Assembly: GCA_022821875.1 (NCBI GenBank)
Contig: JAJECV010000070.1
Location: 18,676-82,675, forward strand
From: Rhodothermales bacterium
GTDB taxonomy: Bacteria > Bacteroidota > Rhodothermia > Rhodothermales > Bin80
DNA length: 64,000 nt
Direction of reading: 5' to 3'
Below the pieces are notes generated by a model that made no database searches, was not told where the DNA came from, and saw nothing but the letters and a program-made list of their open reading frames with translations. A program made the position numbers and the translations under genes. Below, one piece after another: positions 45,901 through 54,013 of this stretch (position 1 is its first letter; every line of letters begins with the position of its first letter).

Positions 45901-48059
45901 TTGTCCTGATTATCAGAGCCAACTTTGTCTTTCACGCGGTCTGCTGCACGCTTGAGAGTGCCGCCGAGATATTTCCCGACTTTTCCGACTTCGTCTCTCC
46001 AATTCTTTGATCTCCAGTCAACATCCCAATGAATCCCCGTCAGGTCTTTCCAGAGACTTTCCCAATCTTCATTACTTACGTCTGGCGCGGGGCAGAGAAA
46101 TGTCTCCGGTGAATTGAACCCGTACACCTTACCGCTCTTCTGATGAATCAGACGGTACTCCGCTATATCTGTATCTGTATCCTTGATCAGACGCTCAAGA
46201 GACAGAAAACTCCGCCCATTTCTGGTTTCAACCTTCTGCAGTTCCAGTACGCCAATCGCTCGTCCCACCAAGAGCATTTCAAGTTTGCGCAGAGCAACAG
46301 GACTCTGATATACAATCTGGAACTTGTACTCTTCTACCACCGCAATATGATGTGGCCAGCTATTGGGGGACACATGGTCACGGTCAAAGTAATATTCAAC
46401 CGTACTACTGATCTTATCATCCGACACCTTTCCCAGTTCACCGGGTGCCCCCCATGTCGGTAAGAGCCCCGTATCGTTTTTGGAATCAATATCAGGCCAA
46501 TAGCCCTGCCCTTCGCGTGCCTTCCCTGACTTTTTGGCCAATTGCAGATTCTCCCATTCATCTTTAATCCAATGTGCAAGCCAATGAAAAAGACCCAATG
46601 CCATACACTCAACCTTGTCCAAATCGGACAGGCGTGTATTCTGTAACTCGGAAACACTGGGCAGTGACTTCTTTTTCAGTCGTTTAATGCATTCTTTCTC
46701 CGAAAGAAAGAATTTCCCTCCCTTCTCCTCCACACTGCGGCCCTCATATTGAATATCTCCCCGGCTTTCCTTTCCCAGCGACGATATCCATGCCAGAAGT
46801 TCCCGATAGGTATGCCGGATGGAATCCAGTTCATCTGCGACTTCTTTCAGGCTTGAACGATCATTCCGCAACTCTGAATTTGCCCAGTCAACAATGGCAG
46901 GGACAGGAGTCTGACCTGCAAAAATGAAGAAATTAGAAAACGATGCGTACCCTCCGTCTTTCGCGTTCTCTCCCGTTTTTCTTAACACATCGGAAAACTC
47001 TCCGAGTAGATATGTGAGGATCTGTGCATGACCGATCATCTCACGCAAGGTAGCGCCACTATCCTCCTTAATGATCATATCACCGGTCAGATAATCAGCA
47101 TCCGATGCCGATACACCATACAATCCTTCTTTGATTTCACGATCCTTTGTCGTCAGAAAGTATTTTATTCCTGCCAGTGCCCCGACCGCATGGGCATAGG
47201 AGTCCAAGGAGGGCTGTTGATTGTCGGATGTGTATTGGCGCAAGATTCTTCTATGATCCGGCACGCCTACCAGAACGGTAGGTACTTTTCTGGCCAAATC
47301 TTCCCCGTAGGATGCAAGTCCACCAGCTGCGTTCTCCTTCATCACCTTATTGCGTTCAACGGACTTGTCAAACTTCTCCCTTGATTCATCAGGCCTGCTG
47401 AACTGGAACCATCTATGCACCATGATCGCCATCACCTCAGCTTTCTTTTCCTTACACAGACGGGCAAGAGTTGGAGTGACAGATGAACCCGTTCCGCCGA
47501 CACTTGAACCGCAAACCACCATCCGCCGATCTCCACAATCGTTCAGCATATCGTTATAAGCCTCATCGTAATTCGGCTTACCCTTCCCCTCAATATCTAA
47601 CTCTTTGAGTGCAAACAGAAGCGACCCCACCGCAGGGGAGGCCATCATCCCCAGGGAATAGGTGATCTCCCGCTGTGCTTCGGATGTGATTAACGGGAGT
47701 CTGGGCGATCCCTTGAACTTGTACTTCAGGCGATGATTCGGGGGCTTATACCAATCTTTGCCTTCCCCGACAGGTAATGGACTGACATCCCGGCAGATTG
47801 GTTGATCCGGGCGACCGAAGAATTCCGCAAGATCATATTTGCCTGGGTGATTCTTGATTAAATTTTTGACTTCCTGCCAGGGAGTACTCTCCTCTTGCTC
47901 TTTCCCATCACCGGAATCCTGATCAACCAGAAACAGGTCTGGGAAATTTTTGCCTGCTTTGACAAAGAAGCCAAATGGGTATCCCAACATATGGAGACGC
48001 ACCATTGCCAGCATTACATGGGCACCAGTGCCCCCACACGCGATGAAACGATTATTCAT
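42993..48059 (-). CDS. Giant (1688 aa) protein: N-terminal FtsZ/tubulin-like GTPase motifs plus C-terminal actin/Hsp70-like (ASKHA) ATPase motifs
   Basis: At aa 5-20, 'FIACGGTGAHVMLAMV' is T1-loop-like. At aa 181-220, 'VVCGSSVGGTGSSVTPTLARLCKEKKAEVMAIMVHRWFQF' parallels FtsZ 'GGGTGTGAAPVIA..AKE.G.LTV.VVT.PF.FEG'. At aa 1114-1127, 'KLAIDFGTSHTVAA' is phosphate-1-like. At aa 1346-1363, 'AVKLVADLGGGTLDIFMA' is phosphate-2-like. No TM helix is present. Confidence 0.6.
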   Translation of the reverse strand: MNNRFIACGGTGAHVMLAMVRLHMLGYPFGFFVKAGKNFPDLFLVDQDSGDGKEQEESTPWQEVKNLIKNHPGKYDLAEFFGRPDQPICRDVSPLPVGEGKDWYKPPNHRLKYKFKGSPRLPLITSEAQREITYSLGMMASPAVGSLLFALKELDIEGKGKPNYDEAYNDMLNDCGDRRMVVCGSSVGGTGSSVTPTLARLCKEKKAEVMAIMVHRWFQFSRPDESREKFDKSVERNKVMKENAAGGLASYGEDLARKVPTVLVGVPDHRRILRQYTSDNQQPSLDSYAHAVGALAGIKYFLTTKDREIKEGLYGVSASDADYLTGDMIIKEDSGATLREMIGHAQILTYLLGEFSDVLRKTGENAKDGGYASFSNFFIFAGQTPVPAIVDWANSELRNDRSSLKEVADELDSIRHTYRELLAWISSLGKESRGDIQYEGRSVEEKGGKFFLSEKECIKRLKKKSLPSVSELQNTRLSDLDKVECMALGLFHWLAHWIKDEWENLQLAKKSGKAREGQGYWPDIDSKNDTGLLPTWGAPGELGKVSDDKISSTVEYYFDRDHVSPNSWPHHIAVVEEYKFQIVYQSPVALRKLEMLLVGRAIGVLELQKVETRNGRSFLSLERLIKDTDTDIAEYRLIHQKSGKVYGFNSPETFLCPAPDVSNEDWESLWKDLTGIHWDVDWRSKNWRDEVGKVGKYLGGTLKRAADRVKDKVGSDNQDKSAWRDSTDWGFEGEKARKCVRGWLNCVESHVKDKVAKETSRIWVDVLDTHLDAEAGPFGVAEWLPLPGGDVKIPMPVMGDSLYLFEDLDPGRKGAEKSIDELISGVPEFEKCTVEKSRKSETFEIIKNFRLPRNIDYTIGAIWREHLDQLQETRKIFAWRRDQENRGIWIRETLGEEPIYIRNLQVIDRETIQIDTCVPLTQKSVNGTGENKTLYPDIPLRPDYIDLLKIPKGEKNEGEKCIDHDHAWRRLKQSGNVDRGRKVVHWNLDLLGRSEPVPVTISVDGIESSNAHWMIWPNIKAPNGKEQWRAYYLYENSPRLEAQTIYLDKEGSLSELKKRPLSRPGYSQAVDFKDGRHVGGPPVALSAYDHKTDRDAGIYVICLKEYSRDENTWKLAIDFGTSHTVAAYQINEKHLVNLNNELSGEDGLSLHISQNYDGHLAEMGLDTWRPTYKKGEEDKISKALLPSDLWSFGELDSVETERFKDEWAPMTHYAIPVMQLQRSDLQNHIISGFKWEMDRGRFTQKEEWLRERYLRMAIEIFLADIAKREESLPGTVEVTFTYPLRGTTTQATSRYGEVVVKVLDVCEDDLGSKFMLTEGREGAKGNGLYSESSAAFDSIGPGIPIAVKLVADLGGGTLDIFMATKDIDSYGSEDRGFGEVAESVKMGSDLLLQVLARHSEKYLPRNRGWKPDKAFEQLRAWMRSVGSEKLFGTQSRNWSADALKLKGFEKPQDANDARELINRYFRVINDFLARNLVAYVAKNVLPLLESESDLQKLKLIVHLKGNGWRLWYRRTSYKEIQEDMEEWVKQRAIKLWKEVGFEGISLEKVWYPADYKDDSPPKLGPIKHAVGKSMSPEKAVAGSHRFPLSDVLLLSRGTEDERRNWYEKLPFEGVSRSVSLCIGEFNPPLIIHSPNSGEGVKRIEDIFMKEINDSISGDEATRSDDTVDAPIAALIWENVLKSREFQEG

Positions 48060-48075
48060 GTCTTCTCAGATTATT

Positions 48076-48384
48076 TTATTTCGCTTTGTTGGATTTCTTC
48101 TTTTTATAGGATGAAGTTCTTGCATGGAAAATCCCAAATCCCATTGCACAACTGGCAACGCATCCCAGGAACGCTCCTAGAACATGAGTCCACTTTTGCG
48201 CATCAGAGCAATCAGCACCGAAGAAAAGCCCGGCAAGAAAAAACGGGAGCAGTATTACGATAAACGGAAATAACTGAGCAGCAGAAAGCTTCGGTGCCGA
48301 CTCAGTTCTCCGGAGATTCCATTTACGTACAGCCCGACTTTGTAGAAAATAAAAGGCACCGTAGATAACAAGACTGACCAACAC
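48076..48384 (-). CDS. Multi-pass membrane protein; the reading frame continues upstream to a lipoprotein-type signal peptide and a C14 tract
   Basis: The ORF-track start is GTG 48384. The same frame is open up to 48540 and encodes 'HFLSKTSVLVLLFTVTGCSRLD' (signal plus lipobox VTGC). The two upstream ATGs (48551, 48544) are out of frame at the present tract length. Confidence 0.6.
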   Translation of the reverse strand: MLVSLVIYGAFYFLQSRAVRKWNLRRTESAPKLSAAQLFPFIVILLPFFLAGLFFGADCSDAQKWTHVLGAFLGCVASCAMGFGIFHARTSSYKKKKSNKAK

Positions 48385-48518
48385 CGCGACAAAGAATGTC
48401 TCTATAAACCCAAGGGTATAGTTGGTACCTGAGAACCCGCTCTGGCAGACCGTATCAAGTCGGGAACAGCCTGTAACTGTAAATAAGAGTACTAAAACCG
48501 AGGTTTTAGATAAAAAAT

Positions 48519-48532
48519 GGGGGGGGGGGGGG
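48519..48532 (-). repeat. Homopolymer G14 (C14 on the coding strand) in the 5' end of the first operon gene
   Basis: Direct count gives gg + gggggggggg + gg at 48519-48532. Confidence 0.95.
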
Positions 48533-49244
48533 TATTTTGTTCATGTGTCATTTTAGACTTTGAATTTGGGCGGATGACACTATCCCCCGTCACGGACATG
48601 CACCCCTGATGTATGGCACCGGAGGAACTCGCCGAATGTCTATGTCCTGCAAATCGTGAAGTGCTCATGGGATCTGACAATGTTGAAACGCCAAATATAA
48701 TGCATGGAGATGTTTTCACCAAACCGGCGGCATAATTGGGGACTTGCTGTTCCCCCCATGGGGATTTGGTTGCGGCCAGTCCGATTCGCAGTTCGCGGTA
48801 AACAGGGTCAGGACAGATCCGTAATTCGCGGCCGCAAAGAATCCGTTTAGGCTACCAGAGAATACAATTCAGAGCATTGTCACATCATGCTGCGGGGCTG
48901 CAGTGAACATGCAAGACACGTTGGATGTAGGAAAATGTACCCGTTTGAAATCCTTGAGATCCTGCAAAAATCTGAATAGTAGCCAGAGGATAGATACTCC
49001 ACACTCAAAGAGACAAGCCATCGTACTCCAAAAGTTCAAATGTGAAACCACATAATTGTGGGACTCTGTCGGCAATCACCAAAGTTGCCGACTGTCTAAT
49101 CCTGATGTGAGAATTTTTTGACCCCGGTATCGGGCGGACATATCCCTCCAGAGAATTTACTCTCGGAGCGAACAGAGAAACCCTCAATAATTGATTGAGA
49201 TTTGAAATCCTGCACAACCAACAAACCTCCAATCCCCCGCATCA

Positions 49245-50171
49245 ATGAAAGCCATTCCGCTCATTGCACTCCAACATCTACCCGGAATTGGAGCAAAGAC
49301 AGTGCTCAAAATGGCCGGCGATCTGCCAAGTGGCCCTGTGGAGTTTGCCGACTTTATTAACTCCAGGTTTGGACATCCATTACAGGAAACCGTACATGCG
49401 TGGGATCAAGCCCTACAAATCATGGATAAATGCCTCCAGTCAAACATAAATGTGGTTACAGTAATAGACGAGAACTATCCAGAGAGACTTCACGGAATAC
49501 GGGAAGACAGGCCGCCCGTGATGTACATCAAGGGTTCCCACGAGGCGCTTCAAAGCAATTCTGCGGTTGTCGCAATCATTGGAACACGTGAACCTACGGA
49601 CAGGGGGAGCAAAGCAGCATATGATCTGGGTTGTATCGCGGCTCAGAACAACCTACCTGTCGTAAGTGGTCTCGCCTATGGGTGTGACTATCATGGTCAT
49701 GCCGGTTGCTTGGATCAAGGCGGTATCGCTGTAGCCATACTTGCTCATGGACTGGACATGGTGTATCCGCGGAAGCATGAAAATCTGGCAAATCAAATCA
49801 TTGAAAAAGGGGGCTGCCTCTTGAGCGAATATCCCCCAGGCGTTCAAGCCAGAAAATGGACATTCATTGCCCGTGACCGACTGCAAAGCGCACTCTCAGA
49901 TATTTTAGTTGTCATCCAGACGGGGATCCACGGCGGCACACACCATACCGCTGCATTTGCCCAAACCCAGCAAAAAACGATCTTGTGCCTGCGACCTCAT
50001 GAACATGAATTACACCATCCCAGTGTACAGGGAAATGCTGACATTGTCCAGACGCGAAATGCAATCTGGATTGATGGCCCCGATGATTTAATCCCGCTCA
50101 TTCATAACCGGAATGGGAACCGGCCTGAACAGCACTGCACAAGTGGGCAACTTGAACTGTTTCCTGATTGA
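49245..50171 (+). CDS. dprA: DprA/Smf-family (SLOG-fold) DNA-processing protein
   Basis: 'LQHLPGIGAKTVLKM', 'VAIIGTREPTDRG', 'VVSGLAYGCDYHGH', 'AILAHGLDMVYPRKH' and 'TFIARDRLQSALSD' are present. At 308 aa it lacks the usual C-terminal extension. Confidence 0.65.
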   Translation: MKAIPLIALQHLPGIGAKTVLKMAGDLPSGPVEFADFINSRFGHPLQETVHAWDQALQIMDKCLQSNINVVTVIDENYPERLHGIREDRPPVMYIKGSHEALQSNSAVVAIIGTREPTDRGSKAAYDLGCIAAQNNLPVVSGLAYGCDYHGHAGCLDQGGIAVAILAHGLDMVYPRKHENLANQIIEKGGCLLSEYPPGVQARKWTFIARDRLQSALSDILVVIQTGIHGGTHHTAAFAQTQQKTILCLRPHEHELHHPSVQGNADIVQTRNAIWIDGPDDLIPLIHNRNGNRPEQHCTSGQLELFPD

Positions 50172-50322
50172 GAGTCGGACTTTGGGCCCGGCACCAGTTA
50201 ATCAGTTTCCCTTCACGCATCTGCGCAGATCCTGTACACGAAAAAACACAACCTGTTGCGGAATCTGCAAAACCGCAACCCGTTGATACGGGCATGAACG
50301 CTCCCTCACGCCTCATACGAAA

Positions 50323-51711
50323 TCAAAACTTACTGGAGATTTTCAGGGCAACCTTTGTCAAATCGTAGGATATTGTCATGCCTGCCGGATGGCGCTTGCT
50401 CTTGGCGTAGTTTGTCCGCTCTTCCCAAATTGATTTGCCTCTTGAGATGTTGGCATCCACTTCTTGCACAAGAAGTGGATGCAGGGGGAAATTCTCAAGA
50501 TTGGTACGCGTTAAATGGAACCCATCGCCAACTGTACGCCAGTAATCCAAGAATAGATCTGATGACATGATGAGGACGGCTTTGTACAAGTCGACCTCTG
50601 TTTTGAAGCGCAGCCGAAGAACCCCAGATGAATGATGCTCACGAAAGCCCATAAAATTTCTCGCAACACCCGATATGTACAGCGAATGTATACCATCTGC
50701 CGCCAGAATGGTTTTCAGTGGAGGATACAAATGAGCATCCTTGAGTAAGTTCAGGATGGCGGCATTTTCCGGCCGTAGAAATTGCCCGCCAAAATTGTAT
50801 CCGGTTATATCATGATAGCAAGGGGTAGAATTCAGCAGTCTGCTGCGATCCTTTTTCCTCCACCGATGCATTCGTGTGGACAGTGTTCTGGGATTGTCTT
50901 CAGGAAATACGGTGACGATTGAGCACCGCTGGCTATTGGCCTTGTTTGTGTTTTTATGTTTAGGCTTCCCACTCGAAAAGAGGCAGTCAGGGATATTATC
51001 AAAACTGGAAATCGCAACACTCTTCCCGGAATTTCTCATCATGGATCGCAATTCCACATAGTCGCGACTAAAGGCGACTGACAAAGGCAGAATGAAATGA
51101 ACCGAACCATGTTCTCCACTCTCTGTCAGCGCACGCTCCAGGAAATCTGCGAAGCTATTTTTCCATCGGCTCCCCTTGGGATTCGCTACATATGGAGGGT
51201 TTCCAAAGAATAATGGCTTCTTGGATGATCCAGAGGGTGCGTAGTGAAGAAAATCGGTACACACATACCTAATGTCTGAGAAAGAGAGACCCCATTTTTT
51301 TGAAATTTTCTGAATTTCGTCACGGGCAAAGTCTAGTGCTTTGGGGTTGATGTCAATTAATGTGATTTCAGCAGATGAAAGGCAGTCCAATGGTAAGCCA
51401 AGTTCGACAACCTTTTTGAGTAACGCATACACAAGGATTCCTGCACCAGATGCAGGCTCTATGAAGTGGTGTTCCTGCCAGAAAGCCTTGATGTCCTGCT
51501 CTTCAGAAATACCATTGAGCACCATGAATTCGTTCCAGAAGAACGCGGCGGCATCTACGGGTGTATAATACGCACCTACCTTCTTGCGGGCATCTTCGGA
51601 CTGACAGGGCGACGAGTAGGATAGCGTCAACTCCGCCTTTTCGGAATGCCTTAATACCTCTTCAAGACCCGCTACCCATTCTGATCTCCAGTCCCCGTTG
51701 CAGATTTTCAT
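50323..51711 (-). CDS. N6-adenine DNA methyltransferase (gamma-class, Eco57I-like)
   Basis: Motif X 'GAYYTP', I 'IEPASGAGIL', IV 'FFGNPPYV'. The start is uncertain (ATG 51711 or 51777), and both overlap the HNH gene's 3' end. Confidence 0.8.
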   Translation of the reverse strand: MKICNGDWRSEWVAGLEEVLRHSEKAELTLSYSSPCQSEDARKKVGAYYTPVDAAAFFWNEFMVLNGISEEQDIKAFWQEHHFIEPASGAGILVYALLKKVVELGLPLDCLSSAEITLIDINPKALDFARDEIQKISKKWGLSFSDIRYVCTDFLHYAPSGSSKKPLFFGNPPYVANPKGSRWKNSFADFLERALTESGEHGSVHFILPLSVAFSRDYVELRSMMRNSGKSVAISSFDNIPDCLFSSGKPKHKNTNKANSQRCSIVTVFPEDNPRTLSTRMHRWRKKDRSRLLNSTPCYHDITGYNFGGQFLRPENAAILNLLKDAHLYPPLKTILAADGIHSLYISGVARNFMGFREHHSSGVLRLRFKTEVDLYKAVLIMSSDLFLDYWRTVGDGFHLTRTNLENFPLHPLLVQEVDANISRGKSIWEERTNYAKSKRHPAGMTISYDLTKVALKISSKF

Positions 51712-52669
51712 TGGATGGTTCGTATTCCTGGGAAACGGGTTTGGCGAATCTTGTATGGTGCAACGATTCAATCGCATCTAGCCCCTTTGCTTGTTTTTCT
51801 TGTCTGAGATACTCCGCTCGGTCCTGATTGAAGATCAGGAGATTATCTGGTCCTGGTAGCAGCAAAGCAGTATCGTAGAGAGCATGATGCTCAATACACA
51901 ATGCTAGGCCATTGTCTACTGTATTGGGAGAATTATGGACAGAATGGGGGATGATGTGTGCTGCTTCCACAATTCCCAGTTGCCGCTTACAGACACAACA
52001 TGCGTGCCCATAGGCCGCCAATACTTTTTTCTTGAATTGTGGATCACGAGGAAACGCTTTTCGTGTGTAAGAGAAGCGCATCCGTTTCTCACTTGTGGAA
52101 GTGGTCTCTCCCTCAATTGAAAGGAAATTCGCAGAATAAGAGTCACGAACAATTCTTTGAATGTCTTCGTCAGACCGCAGACGATGAAAGTGCTGTATGT
52201 TTTGCAGATAGAAGCCCAGCGAATCTGAAGTCAGGGCGATTTCGGATGTATTCTCTTCCATGTATTTTGCAGAAAATGTGCGGACAGCGGCAGAACACTC
52301 TTCAACACGTTCCTTCTGCGTTTGCCTTGCATATACCGACACCATTCTTCTGGCTTGAAGTGTGAAAATATACATCGGATCCCAAGCCGTAAATACCCTG
52401 CCGCCTTCAAAGAAGCCAATAAACGCAACATTCATTCTTCCCTCCCGGCGACTGCGTTGCTTATCAATATACTTTCTAGGAATTTGAATCCGCACCTCGT
52501 CGTCATTGGATCGCCGGTTCCCCGAATCATGCACCTGTGAGATATGCAACGAATGTAGTATTCCATTAAACTGGACAATCACGGGATTTGACCTGTCTTT
52601 GATCACAAAGTCCTCAAAGTATGGCCTCAATGAATCCTGAACGAAATGATACAATAGATCCCGCTTCAT
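51662..52669 (-). CDS. HNH endonuclease (putative restriction enzyme)
   Basis: 'CCVCKRQLGIVEAAHIIPHSVHNSPNTVDNGLALCIEHHALYD'. ATG 52669 forms an ATGA overlap with the C5-MTase stop. Confidence 0.8.
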   Translation of the reverse strand: MKRDLLYHFVQDSLRPYFEDFVIKDRSNPVIVQFNGILHSLHISQVHDSGNRRSNDDEVRIQIPRKYIDKQRSRREGRMNVAFIGFFEGGRVFTAWDPMYIFTLQARRMVSVYARQTQKERVEECSAAVRTFSAKYMEENTSEIALTSDSLGFYLQNIQHFHRLRSDEDIQRIVRDSYSANFLSIEGETTSTSEKRMRFSYTRKAFPRDPQFKKKVLAAYGHACCVCKRQLGIVEAAHIIPHSVHNSPNTVDNGLALCIEHHALYDTALLLPGPDNLLIFNQDRAEYLRQEKQAKGLDAIESLHHTRFAKPVSQEYEPSNENLQRGLEIRMGSGS

Positions 52670-53700
52670 ATAGCATTCTCCAATAAGTGCTTTATCATCT
52701 TCTCCGCAAGAATGCACGGAACCGCGTTCCCTATTTGCCTTTGGACTGACCGCCTGTTCCCATAGAACTTATATTTTTCAGGAAATGTTTGAATTGCGGC
52801 CACTTCCGGGACCCGAAGTCGTCGGTTTGACCAATGGAACGGACCCACCCAAGGCCCCGGTTGCGCAGCAATTGTAATTGAGGGCAATTCAGGGTGAAGT
52901 TTATAAAGAAAATTCCAAAAACGCCCACCAGAACGAAATTTGCGGCCGTTGTAGTCAGATAATTTTGACAAGGAAATATAGTTTTTGCCCGGAGGCACGC
53001 AGGTTAGTTCATGGAAATAAGTCCCCTGAGTCGCATCTTCCTGAGGCTCAGAGAACACCGGTTGATCAAATCTTGATATGAATGGTGCAACAGCCAAATA
53101 ATCAGGGAAGGAGTCATCGAAATCCTTTTTACTATAGTCAGAATGAGTTGGGCTAGGACAAGGTATTGCCCTTGACGCACCTCGGACTCCAAAGACAAAT
53201 ACTCGCTTTCGCTTCTGTGGTACGCCAAAGTCAGCAGCGTTTGCTCGATATCGTGTGCACTGATAGCCCAGTATTTCAGCATTGGATATAAAGCGAAGAA
53301 ACTCATCTTTATTGGTCGGGTGTAGAATGCTTTCAACATTCTCAAAAAGAAAAGCCTTTGGTCGCATCTCGGACAGAACACGGATAAACTGCCCCAGCAG
53401 ATTGCGGGGATCATCCTGGATCAGCCGATTATCATGGGTCACCCAGTAGCCGTTCTTGGAAAACGGTTGGCACGGCGGGCCGCCTATCAGGACTAAATCG
53501 TCAATATCTGCCCACCGTCTGAAGTCCACATTTTTGATGTCGTCTTCAATGATATCAAAGGAGTGACCGCTGCAATTCAATCGCAATGTTTCAATTGAGT
53601 CGTGGTCATTATCAACACAGGCGATGATTTCAGCACCTGCATTTCGCGCACCAATATCAAGACCTCCTGCTCCCGTAAATATGCTGACACACTTTACCAT
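52666..53700 (-). CDS. DNA (cytosine-5)-methyltransferase
   Basis: Motif I 'SIFTGAGGLDIG', IV 'GGPPCQPFS', VI 'ENVESIL', X 'QIGNAVP'. Confidence 0.9.
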   Translation of the reverse strand: MVKCVSIFTGAGGLDIGARNAGAEIIACVDNDHDSIETLRLNCSGHSFDIIEDDIKNVDFRRWADIDDLVLIGGPPCQPFSKNGYWVTHDNRLIQDDPRNLLGQFIRVLSEMRPKAFLFENVESILHPTNKDEFLRFISNAEILGYQCTRYRANAADFGVPQKRKRVFVFGVRGASRAIPCPSPTHSDYSKKDFDDSFPDYLAVAPFISRFDQPVFSEPQEDATQGTYFHELTCVPPGKNYISLSKLSDYNGRKFRSGGRFWNFLYKLHPELPSITIAAQPGPWVGPFHWSNRRLRVPEVAAIQTFPEKYKFYGNRRSVQRQIGNAVPCILAEKMIKHLLENAI

Positions 53701-54013
53701 TCGTCAAATATCCTGCAGATACCTATCTCTTTCTTTTAATCATTGGACCAAATTATCTCCCATCTCCGTGCACTTAGTGATCCATCCGATAAAGTAGCAC
53801 CAGAACGTTCGCCATAGAAATATAAGCACCCCTCCGCAATTTTATTGAAGCCTGACTCTCAATTATTCAATCGGATCTGAAACATTGGTTACCTAAAGCA
53901 CGGAAACCACATCAACCCCACCTTCATCAAAATTACCGTAAAGCACCAGCCAAACCATTGGGCAGCAAGTTAGAGAAATCAGACCTCTCTCTCCTTTGCA
54001 CCAATGCTACGAA

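Noticed and set aside
43018-48263. Plus-strand ORFs of 60-130 aa inside the giant gene
   Set aside because: They are antisense to a 1688-aa uninterrupted ORF with internal motifs. They are short and lack motifs.
48492-48722. 76-aa minus-strand ORF upstream of the operon
   Set aside because: Only its last codons (MTHEQNTPPPP...) matter, as one of the two out-of-frame ATG leaders feeding the C14 tract. The remainder has no coding features.
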